DNA of 64,000 nucleotides from Octopus vulgaris (Eukaryota), in assembly GCA_951406725.2 (NCBI GenBank), contig OX597820.1, positions 128,092,001 through 128,156,000 of the forward strand, written 5' to 3'. The notes beneath the pieces were generated by a model, which saw only the letters and a list, made by a program, of their open reading frames with translations, was not told the origin of the DNA and did not search any database. Below, one piece after another: positions 53,473 through 64,000 of the stretch; the first letter of the stretch is position 1; each line of letters begins with the position of its first letter. Position numbers and translations under genes: made by a program.

Positions 53473-55508
53473 GCAAACACTATTTATTGGAGATAGGTAA
53501 ATAATCGTTATATACTGGAGGAAGGAGATTATATATCATTGCATTAAAGCATTGTTTAGAACAGAAATACTTTGATAAAAGAAATATATTTGTAGGGTTA
53601 CTTAATTGCACTTCTGCTCTGAAAGAGAGACTTTTGAAAATACACCAATTTTAGTAAACTTGTATATTTTTAAGCATTCTGAATAACAATGGAAGCAGAA
53701 TTATTATAAAACAAAACTACTGACAAAATTTCAATAAACTAAACAAGAATGAAATAAATAGTAAAATGAGACAAATTGCGTTTTATATCAGATGTAATAA
53801 TTTGGTAACAAGAAATAAAATAAAATTTTAGATATTGACATTAAAAAGAAAGTCTGTACGTTTGAATTAAGTTTTATTGATTTTTCTTCTTTTTTTTACT
53901 GGTGCACAAGACTTCAAGTTTGTAGAAAAGAACAGTAAGATTGTCTTACATTCATCTATTTCAATAGCTATAAAGATGAAGAGGAAGTGAATTGTCTTCA
54001 ACAGGATATTCAATTTATTTTTTATACCGCAAAATGTTCTTGTGAAACACATGAGCATCACTCAATCTCGTTTGCTTCAGTATTTTTAATGGATATTAAG
54101 CGATAACAAATCTTATCTATGCATTTGAGTTTTACTGTCGTTAGCAAGAATTTAGACTTGCGGTTTTTTTTTTTCAAAAAAGTATATAAATAAATATATA
54201 ATAGAACATCACATTTATATTTTTTATGAGTATACACGTTTTGCATCTAACGTTTATGTAATTATTCGTATCTAAATAAATATAATTACAGAAAACTATC
54301 AGCGAATTTTGTTCCTAAACTAACTTTTCTTCAATTATTCGATCCTTGTTGAGAAAATATTCTAGACTGATTGTCACACCCTAATTTGATTTGAGGGTAA
54401 GTTAATTTCAACTGATTGCCTTGTCGGTTAATAAAATTTTCTTTCGTATTACGTAAATTTCTTTCCTATTTTCGGATTATCCTACGTATTTTTTAGATAA
54501 TCAGTCGAAATCAAAGAAACTAGTCGTTGCTTACTTAGCTAAGTAAATATAGGTGAGTTTACACTTAGATGCATTGACTGGAATACAACGGTTCAACGAA
54601 TGTTAAACTCATTTTATGCATGATTCTAATGTCATGTTGCTACCTGTTTGCCTTCATCCGTTGGCTGTTAAACCTTGTCTACATGAGACAATGACAGGAC
54701 ATTTTAGATGCACCACACTGCAGTTAGTCATTGGCATATTAAATTGTAAGTGAAACAGTCAGTCGAGTAGGTAGAATGCAAGAAAAAAGAGGTTAGTTTT
54801 TCGTATTCTTATTCCTAGTATTGTATTTTGTTCGTGGCCGAAACACTTAACGCTTTAATCATCCTGTCTGTCTCACTTCCACAAGTTATTTGTACACTTG
54901 GAACACCGTAATTCAGTAAATAAAGAAAAAAATGAACGAATGATTCATAAGTTTGTAGTGTTAAGCCACAAACCTTAAAGGAAGTGTAACCTAAAGAGGC
55001 ACGGCCGTCGTTGCGCACGAGGAAACTAAGCGATCGCCTGGGGCATTCAGACTGGGGGCACAACAAGTAACTAACTGAAAAGTTCTTTGTAATAAAGCGA
55101 GCATGTGAGTTCACTTGCGGCACAAAGAAAGTTAGAGAGCGTTCGGTCGAGTAACTCATGTAATGTTACGATCTGTCACGTGATTCAGCGTGACGCAGTT
55201 AAAATTGTGCCCGGTAACATATTTACACAGTGATGTGCATGATCATAAAACTAGAGATTTTTGTTTGCGAATTAACCTTAAGTTTTCGACTGCATTTTGA
55301 AGCTGGTGTAATGAAGAGGAAGGTTGGACGGTGTAGTAAAATATTAGAAACTGAGATTCTGATTGTAGGGCTACGAGAACGACATTTACATTGCAAGGCT
55401 GGGATAAAAAAAAAAGCGCACGTACTAGGACCGGCATGCAACACTGAATATCCTAGCATCAGTTCTGTGAAGAGAGATAAGTTTAGCCTACCTAATTGAT
55501 TTGTTCTG

Positions 55509-56029
55509 TTGGGCTGTCCGGAAAGCTCGTGCCGATTTTTAAAAGAAAGACAAAGGTCAATAAATATTTGCCATTATGAGCTATTTTGTTGCACAATGCG
55601 TCCCCATCTTTCCTTTAACTTGAAAATACCCTCTTCCCAGAATTGAGGTGGTTTCATGGCAAATAATTCATCAAGGTAACTTTTTATGTCATCCAAGGAA
55701 TTGAAATTTTTACCATTCAGACTATTCTGCAGTGACCTGAATAAGTGGAAATCCGAAGGATCAATATCTGGTGAATATGGGGGGTGGGGTAACACATCCC
55801 AGCCGGGCTGTAGCAATTTTTGTCTGGTTCCCAAAGCATCAAGTGCCGAAAAGGAACTTTCTTATCTTCCATTTTAAAGGGTTACAGAATTAACACAGGT
55901 TATAGGAACATAAACCTTTTTCTTTAAATGGAGGTGTAGTCAAATCCTATTTTATGGACTCAACCATGTTCTAAAATAAGTCGAAAAGTAAGCAGCTATA
56001 AATCGGCACGAACTTTCCGGACAACCCAA
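55509..56029 (-). mobile_element. Internally deleted mariner (521 bp) with both TIRs
   Basis: TTGGGCTGTCCGGAAAGCTCGTGCCGATTT / AAATCGGCACGAACTTTCCGGACAACCCAA|TA; ORF GWDVLPHPPYSPDIDPSDFHLFRSLQNSL. Confidence 0.95.
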
Positions 56030-57899
56030 TACATATATTAAATGACAAGAAACTCTTCATTTCGTTGTACCACTATGATCTAAAGTTTTCTATTATGATT
56101 CTGTTCACTTCTAGCATGCTTTCTAATGAATATAAAATCTACCCCACTATTTATGCTTCATTTTGTCGGCCCGCAAAAATGGAAAGCAAAGTTGGTCTAG
56201 GTAGGATTTTAACTCGCAATGCTAAGAACCGAAATTTAAATACCGTAGGTATTTTTCCCGAGTCTTCTAATGCTTCTTCCTACTCACTAACGTTTTTAGG
56301 AATTACAACCGTGTTTTGTGGTCTGCTACCACAACAGCTCCTTTATTTCATTACAATTTGTTAAATTAGTAGAGCATTCGATATAAATCAAGAAAATTAC
56401 ATGTTATTTTTCTATATCTTTCTTTTATATTATCTAAGATAACTAAAAGTGGGGTCTCCACTCTGTTATTGTTTATAAGACATAATATAAAGTTAGGTAA
56501 GTTACGCGGCATTAATCATAAGCCAATCTGATACTGTTATGCAAAACAACATATAAAGATAGATTGGTTAGATAGCATAACTCTTCTGTCCATTCTGCTG
56601 TTGTTATATAACACACCACATAAAGTTAGGTTGCTTAGGTGACATCCATCTTCTGTATTCAATTATTGTTCAATTTTCTGTTCAGTCAAAATAAATATAT
56701 TTTTATTATGAATTCGTAACCTTTAACATTAAACTATATTTGGCATGTGTAATCCTAAAATCGTGTTGATTTATAAAACAGCGTTTATCTCTCGTTCTGT
56801 TGTCAAATATATAATAAATAATAAAGAAAAGCCAAAAATCAAGGAAGCAATTTTCTTTCAACTTTGTTCGTTTCAGCTATTTAAAAGTAGATGTTTCTCA
56901 GTCTCTTCAAATTGAATACATTACAAGATAAATGTTATATATAAATACAAGGAACCTAGAAACACATGGAGGTGAATGCGGGGTTGCGACGGTCAAGAGC
57001 AACGCAAATAAAATGTAATTCAAAAGATGGAGGGATATTAAACGACAGTCATTCGTTAATCATGAGCGCAGACTGTCAACCAATTACCGGGTGAAGGATT
57101 ATGGGATACTGTTGTATGAGGTACATAATGCAACCTTCTTAAAATAACGGTTTCACTCACCTGTTTAACTGTCTCAGGTGGGTTAAAGCTAAAGGTGCAT
57201 TTTGTCAAACATAAACGGCGTAAAATTGACAGTTCTGTGTTATTATTCCTTTTGTACTTGGTATTTTATATCTTGTAAGACAGGGTCCAAACTATGAGGC
57301 CCATATGGCGCTATATGGGCCTCACAGTAACAGAGCTGAAAGCATATTTTCTGTTAAAGATAGGTTAAAATTGGCAGAATTCCGTTGTGTTAATAATAGG
57401 TCTCGGCATTTTCACAGAGTGAGTTGCTGTGAACCGTTCTCGGTACTTACACAGAGTACATTGGTCTTGGTAGTAGTATAGGGTAGCAGGGATGTGTGAC
57501 ACAGATGCTGCGATTGATGTTGCTCTTTGACCTTGCTTTACTTGTTAAGCATGAGGACACTTTCACTGAGTAGGCACAACAAAGACATTCCAGCCACAAC
57601 AGTAGAGGACGATATAAGGTGGATTTGACTGTTATTTCTAGATCAGTCAATCACATAGACGTATCCTTAAGCGTTTAACTTGATGTCTTAATATTGAAGA
57701 AAATTATATGGAATTGAGGCTGACTTGACTAGTGATGAGGTTTTCTTCTCCGACAAAAGTGGAAGAGGGGTGGAAGAGGGGTGGATGAGAGCAATCAATT
57801 TGATTTATTTAAAATGACCAACCCTCCAGTTTCCCTTGACAAAAGGAGCTTGGAGAAAAGCATATACTGAGAATAGAAATAACCCAAGGTGGAAGACAG

Positions 57900-58075
57900 T
57901 TTCTTTTATTCGTTTTTTTTTACTTGAAGGATTTTAGTCGAACAAATCGACCACATGACTTATTTTTAAAGCCTATTGTTATATTGGTCTCTTTTGCCGA
58001 TCCACTAAGTTACGGGGACGTAAATACACCGATTGTCAAGCGGGAGGGGACAAGTACAAAGACTCAAATATATAC

Positions 58076-58134
<59 letters not shown>

Positions 58135-58290
58135 TTCTTTTAGTTTCCGTCTACCATATCCACTCACAAGGCTTTCGTCGGCCCGAGACTATATTAGAAG
58201 ACACTTGCCTAGAGTGCTACGCAGTGAGAGTGAATCTGGAAATATGTGGTTGAGAATCAAGCTTCTTACTACACAGCCAAGCCTGTGCCT
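57900..58290 (-). mobile_element. SINE family B, diverged
   Basis: CTAAGTTACGGGGACGTAAA, GTTTCCGTCTACCA.ATCCACTCACAAGGC, CTTCTTACTACACAGCC. Confidence 0.85.
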
Positions 58291-58500
58291 ATATATAATA
58301 TATATTATTTATATATTGCGCACATGCAAAAGTATATATCCACTTAGAGAATTGATGTATAAACATCAAAGAATAAGTCTATAGTAATTAAGAGCTAATT
58401 GATAATAACAAGATATTAATATACAAAACATTATTAGAATGCAACAAATGCAAGCGGGACCGACCCTCACGAATATACATAATTGGCTAAAACGATCTTT

Positions 58501-58888
58501 AAAAGTGTAAATTTCATATATAGTTCAGCTTCATTTAATAGTTGCTTCTTTAAGATAAACACCACCAAATGTATAAATACAAAATTATGATACCTAATTT
58601 AAGTTTGATTAAGTTAAGTCAAATTAATTAAGAAACAGTGTTTACCTAAATCACCAGGAATGCTATGCTAATGATAAAAACGTTACTAGTTTTTTCGTGA
58701 TAACCATAATATAACATTCCTGGTGATTTGGGTAAACAATATTTCGAAATTAATTTGATTTAAATTACATTAATTTGAATTAATTATGTATCACTATTAT
58801 GTACTTAAAATCTTGGTGGTATTTATCTTAATGAAACAGCCGTTGAATGCAATTAAAGCATGAATTATATATGAAATTTCCTGCTTTT
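58501..58888. repeat. Long imperfect inverted repeat (~170-bp arms), foldback/MITE-like
   Basis: Paired blocks AAATTTCATATATAGTTCA/TGAATTATATATGAAATTT, TTAAGATAAACACCACCAA/TTGGTGGTATTTATCTTAA, TGTTTACCTAAATCACCAGGAATG/CATTCCTGGTGATTTGGGTAAACA. Confidence 0.92.
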
Positions 58889-58908
58889 ATACCATACCAG
58901 TCTGTCTG

Positions 58909-59020
<112 letters not shown>

Positions 59021-59119
59021 TAAAAACAGTAAGATAACAAAAGAAAGAGACCTCAATATTATGTAAATAGAGGAAATTTATCTATAAAATAATATGTTAC
59101 AATTACTCAATAGATGGCC

Positions 59120-59182
59120 AGATAACCGAAGATATGGTGTTGTGGATTTCCACTTCGGCATCGGAAACTCAGAGTTTTATCT
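59120..59182 (+). ncRNA. Candidate minimal type I hammerhead ribozyme (variant core) within a 31-bp inverted repeat
   Basis: AGATAA-CCGAAGA-stem II-GAAA-CTC-A-GAG-T-T-TTATCT; helix I 6 bp, palindromic helix III; base of helix II imperfect. Confidence 0.45.
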
Positions 59183-59216
59183 TGACTATTGAGTAATTGT
59201 AACATATCATTTTATA

Positions 59217-59254
<38 letters not shown>

Positions 59255-59270
59255 GTGTGTGTATGCGTGA

Positions 59271-59326
<56 letters not shown>

Positions 59327-60194
59327 GAAAGAAGGTTTGAAAATGCAATTTTAAAAGATGTTTATTTACTTTACCGGTTTCACCCTTTGGAAAAAGATTG
59401 TCAAAAGTAACATGTAGAAGTTTGGTTGCGTTAATTATTGGTTGTTACAAATTGCTATATTACATATATACAGTCTTTGGTAACAAGGACATAAAAAGTT
59501 TAACAAGTTCCTTAAAATATTGGGCACAAAAGATTACAACATAAATAATTATTGTCAAGAACATGTTTAAGTAGAGTTGTGAGTTGTGCGGCGTCTTTGG
59601 GCAGGCATTCTAGGTTATCAGAGAAAGTATGACGCTCAAGGAGTTGCCTTGCAAATCTTATGTTATCAGTCACATTCGATCACAGTTCCAATAACAGTTA
59701 AGCTTCGTACAATGGCCATACTCGATAATGTGGGGGAAGCCATAATTATAATGTATGTATGTATGTATGTATGTATGTATCTTTGTATGTATGAGAGTCC
59801 ATGACATATATATTTTTAAAATGTCAACGCATAATACCAACGTGCACAATGTATAAATGAACAAGTTATAAACAAATATATCAAACAAGTCTTCAGTGGT
59901 TATTCTTTATTAACAATTATCAACAAGTTTGCAAATTGTATTCACATATTTTTAGGCTTCTGACTAACTGTGTATTTCCAGCTTCAGAATATTTGTTTCT
60001 AGTTTAGGCACGAGATAAGTAATTTTGAGGGGATAAAATTAGTCGGTTACATGGATCCCAATACTTAACTGATGCTATATTTCATCAGCCCCTAAATGAT
60101 GAATGAGCACAGAACTCAAAGAACCGGAACAAATTCCGCGAGGGATTTTATCCGATGCTGTAATGATTCTGCCAGCCCACTACCCTAATAATAG

Positions 60195-60370
60195 TCTCAA
60201 GGCCAGCAATTTAAGAGGAAGGGATAAGTCGATTACGTCGACCCTGGTGCTCAAGTGGTACTTATTTTATCCACCCCGAAAGGATGAAAGGCAAATTTGA
60301 ACCCAGAATGTAAAGACGGACGAAATGCTGCTGAGCATTTTGCCAACGATTTTGCCAGCTCGCCGCCTTC
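60195..60370 (-). mobile_element. SINE family A (decayed copies also at ~59990-60180 and ~60390-60540)
   Basis: TGGTACTTATTTTATC.ACCCCGAAAGGATGAAAGGCAAA..TGCCAGCTCGCCGCC. Confidence 0.85.
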
Positions 60371-60942
60371 CACTTCACCAATAATAATTTTTAAATTAGG
60401 CACAAAGATGACAGTTTGATGGGGAAGACGTCTGTCAATTACATCGATCGCAATATTTAAATGCTAATGTATTTTATCGCTTCTATAGCTGACCTCAGCG
60501 GGCTTTGAACAAGAGACAAAAATAGCGCAAGGCATTTGTCCTGCTCTCTGTCGATATTTAATCTAGATGAATAGGTCAGATCTGATTAAGGTAACGGAAG
60601 AAGAAGCAATAATATTCGTGATACAGGAGCAAGCTATCTCTACTATATATATTCTACATACAAACCTTCACCCAAGCAAGCGTTCATTCGTTTCATTTTA
60701 TCATTAAATTTTCTATGCTTGCGTGGCTCACACAAAACTGCCTTAAGGCAAAGTTTTCTTGCAGCCGAATGCCCTTTAACCCGGAGCTGAGCAAACTAAT
60801 AAGGAGAGTACATGAGGTGGTCAAAAAAGCCAGCTTCTATATATGGCTGAGGAGGGAAGACCAAAAATAGTTTGAAAGTCATAACATGTCGGCGGAAAAT
60901 AACATCATTAGGTGAAACAAGCTGACTCTGAATTAGCTTCGC

Positions 60943-61104
60943 TGATTGACAGGTGACGGTCGTTTAGAGAATGCGTGGGCTAAGACTACGCGCCTTCATT
61001 GGTCAGTTAAAGTTGAGACAGTGTCACGTGACAACTTGCTGGGGCTGCCTGCTGGAGCCTAGCAGCAGGTATTTAAAGGGAAAAAATTTGACAAGTCAGT
61101 CAGT
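60943..61104 (+). promoter_or_regulatory. Pol II core-promoter-like motif cluster (probably element-borne)
   Basis: TGATTGACAG (60943), ATTGG (60998), TGTCACGTGACA (61022), TATTTAAA (61070) and TCAGT initiator 26-30 nt downstream. Confidence 0.5.
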
Positions 61105-61614
61105 CACCGGCTGACACTTGCTGCCGGTACATCGAAGAGGCCAGGGAACAGGAGAAAGAAGAAGAAAGAAAACATGCACCCAACACCAGAGCTGAAGACG
61201 CCTCCGAAAGCGGGGGCCCCGCCACGTCAAAACGGTAGAGGAGTAGAGGTCGAAACTGGACGTGGTTCCTCCTGATGATGTCTTGAGCTAACTGGATCCT
61301 ATAAAGGAGCTGTTGTGGTAGCAGACCACGAAACACGGTTGAAATTCCAGTCTATCGAGGAACGAACAGCTCGGGCATGATTATGCGCTAAAGCAAAAAC
61401 AAATGACACCATGTATTTTTCAAAGCAGTTGACCACATTGTATTAGGATAGCCTTCACTGGTTCTGACAAAATATATTTAGAGAAAAAAAAACATAACAC
61501 AGTTATTCTACATACATCTAGCCATCTAATTTCAACTATTCAAAGGAAAAGTTTTGTTCTACTCCTATATCCTCCCTCTGAATTAAAAGTGTCAATGTTG
61601 AAATACTATAGAAT

Positions 61615-61905
61615 GCGCAGCACCTTGAGCAAGTGTTTTTACTATAACCCCAGGCCGGCCAATGCCTTGGGAGTGAATTTGCTTGACGAAAACTGTCGAA
61701 GTTCATTGTTTAATATATATGTGTATGTGGATAAGTGCGCGCTTGTGTGTGTTTCTGTGTATGTGTCGGTATATATAGGTGGGAGTCTTTGTGTTTGTGT
61801 TTCTCCCCCACCATTAGACAAGAAAGACCGACAGAGTAAGTAGCGAACTGAAAAATAAGTGTCTGGGTCGACTAAATCTGGCGGTGCCCCAGAATGGCAG
61901 AATCA
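61615..61905 (+). mobile_element. Decayed SINE family B
   Basis: GCAGCACCTTGAGCAAGTGT..ACTATAACCCCAGGCCGGCCAA.GCCTTG..GACGAAAACTG. Confidence 0.75.
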
Positions 61906-62269
61906 AAAAGAGAATAGAAAAATCGAATACAGACTGTACACTAGACAACAACGTCATAAACTTGGCGTTTTCTATATCAAAAATGACAAAAGCATATTAA
62001 TTATCGACAGAGCAATAGCAAATAACGCCAATGTTGTTTTGAAGCGAACTAAAAAGATAAGGAATTAAAGGAAAGTAGCTATTGACTAAATAACATTGTG
62101 GCAGTTAAAGTAAGTTCCGAAAACTCTCATTTGGAAATGACAAGACTGGAGACATAGATACGGAATCTTTGTTTAAAAGCGTCTATAGATTCAATATAAG
62201 GATAAACATAAGCTATTCATCTTAGTACCACTGTATTGGCCAGACAATCGGATGATGTTATACATCACT

Positions 62270-62524
62270 AGTCACAATGCGCTTTCTCGCATTGTTGTAG
62301 CTTTCGAATGATACCACCCCGCTGGCTAGGCGGACAGGCCTATAATCCACCCCACTCCCGCTGCATGGAACATCAGTCTGTACCCATTTACTGCTGAGTG
62401 GATAGAAACAATTGTTAAGAAGTATTTTACACAAGAACACAAAGCACGACCGGTCCAGGAATCGAAACGACGATCTTGAAATCGTGAGTGCAACACCCTA
62501 ACGACTCAGTGACGCACCTTCACA
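62270..62524 (-). mobile_element. Decayed SINE family D relative
   Basis: GCTGAGTGGA..CAAGAACACAA..CGGTCCAGGAATCGAAAC..CACCCTAAC.ACT. Confidence 0.75.
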
Positions 62525-63211
62525 ATCTATTCAAAGGATATATAAATGGTTGCTGTTTATTTCCGGCAGGTCAGATAACCATGTAAACGCTCCCTCATTG
62601 GCTCGCCGGGAAAGAAGGTTTATATTAGTAGTGTTGTAAGGTTTGCAATTAAACTTCAGCAAAACAATAAATTTAATATAAAGTGTAGACAATGCAAGTA
62701 TAATTACGATAGTTGTGGTACAATAATATTTCTTAATATTTCCAGCGAGCATGATAGTTTTTATGTGTCTACAAAGAAATTGAAAATGTAATATTGTTTT
62801 GCACTGATAAAATAAACTTTTCTTTTATTTTTTTAGATATATAACACAATCAATATTAGGAAAGGAAAACTAAGAAAACACGATATGTGTGCATGCGTGT
62901 GCGTGCGTACGTGCGTGTATGTGTGTTTGTGTATATATATGAGGAGGGGTGTATGAATATGTGTGCGTAAACGCCAACATACACACAAATACATGAAAAG
63001 AAGCGTACTCAGTACGTAATGTTATTCATATTCTATTTTCGAAATTGAAAACGCGTCAATAGTTACTCTTATGTATCAAGTTTCATCTAGAATCTAGAAA
63101 GCATGAAATTGAAGACTCTATAATAACTACTAGAATGTGAATATATATATATATATATATATATATACGGGGGGGGGGGGCGTAGATGCCTGTTGAGATG
63201 GACGAAATCTA

Positions 63212-63505
63212 TCAGGCTGAGTAAAAAGTAAGCAACGTTTTGAACCATGAATAAATTGTGCCAGATTTTTGCAGAGTTTTGAATTTATTCTAACCATTTT
63301 TTTGCAATTGTTTGATAATACAAACATAGACTTGCCTAAATGCATCAATAAATTAGCATTGGTATTTTTTTTTTCACCGTTGTTACAATAATCTGAAATG
63401 GAACTGCCAAAGCGCGATATTCGAGCAATTTTGCTATTCAACTTCAAAAAAGGACGTAAAGCAGCTGAAACTGCTCGCGATATCAACGAAACGTTCGCTT
63501 CGGAC
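63212..63505 (+). mobile_element. Mariner 5' end (TIR + transposase N-terminus), truncated by a downstream insertion
   Basis: TA|TCAGGCTGAGTAAAAAGTAA TIR-like end; MELPKRDIRAILLFNFKKGRKAAETARDINETF from 63398. Confidence 0.88.
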
Positions 63506-63660
63506 GACTGTAATTTCCAGTAAATGTTTGCTATTGTTTATTGAAAGGTGTTGTATTGTTTTGTGCTGCTTTGCAGCTGTTTTATGATTGTGTTGTCTCT
63601 CAGCGTTTTGAGGAGAGATGGCGGAGTTTGAAATTTTGTTTTTATTCCGACCTGACTGAA

Positions 63661-64000
63661 ATGGAGATGTCGGCGACAGAATTGTCACCACCGAATGAGG
63701 TACTTATAAACATGGAAGAAAGCAGAATTGTTTATAAAGTGTATTCTATCAAGGAGAGAAGAATTGAAAATGAGGCTACGGAGGAAATGGAGAAGGCATT
63801 GAGGCCATTCTGGCAAGAGATATCATATCTTGCCAGAGGAAGCAGTTACGGCATTGTTATTGTGCATTTCAAAGAGAAAGAAAAGGCAAAGGAGCACTCG
63901 CTAAATACAATGAAGACGGAAAGGGTAATTCTCCTACCCACATACCTCGGAATAAGAACTTCCAGAGTGAAAGTAGAGGGAATCCCCAGTGAAATAGACG
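63661..64000 (+). CDS. Open reading frame running off the window; probable ORF1 of an L1/Tx1-type non-LTR retrotransposon
   Basis: 113 stop-free codons MEMSATELSPPNEVL...YGIVIVHFKEKEKAKE..LLPTYLGIRTSRVKVEGIPSEID; V.F and V.V.GIP pattern resembles RRM-like ORF1 proteins; preceded by a ~150-nt leader abutting the mariner. Confidence 0.65.
   Translation, partial: MEMSATELSPPNEVLINMEESRIVYKVYSIKERRIENEATEEMEKALRPFWQEISYLARGSSYGIVIVHFKEKEKAKEHSLNTMKTERVILLPTYLGIRTSRVKVEGIPSEID

Noticed and set aside
54950-55225. Possible solo LTR (TGT..ACA ends, AATAAA, TGTTAC..GTAACA)
   Set aside because: No matching TSD for any boundary pair and no second copy in the window.
57281-57324. 12-bp hairpin TGAGGCCCATAT/ATATGGGCCTCA
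   Set aside because: Follows CAGGGTCCAAACT, resembling a hAT MITE end with its usual GGCCC subterminal palindromes; other end not found.

Overview
AT-rich, microsatellite-saturated, repeat-dense animal DNA with no confidently identifiable host protein-coding gene. The combination of tRNA-derived SINE families, RTE, Tx1/L1, Dong/R4, Penelope, Tc1/mariner and Helitron relics plus huge (TA)n/(GATA)n/(TATG)n tracts points to a coleoid cephalopod, most likely Octopus (inference). Nearly all ORF-track entries are microsatellite artefacts. Real coding signal is transposon-derived: DD34E, DD36E and two DD37D Tc1-superfamily relics, three mariner relics, an RTE LINE with C-terminal C2H2 finger relics, a Penelope GIY-YIG element split exactly by a non-autonomous Helitron, a nearly intact Tx1/L1 3' end sitting in (GATA)n, and an uninterrupted ORF1-like frame running off the right edge (missing from the ORF track). 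The most intriguing unexplained signal is a set of small non-coding elements with hammerhead-ribozyme-like cores (59017-59216 inside a foldback, 10149-10388, 60940-61370 behind a TATA/Inr promoter). Long foldbacks, a degenerate ~80 bp array and two orphan + strand exon candidates are also noted. Element boundaries without TIR/TSD support are approximate.
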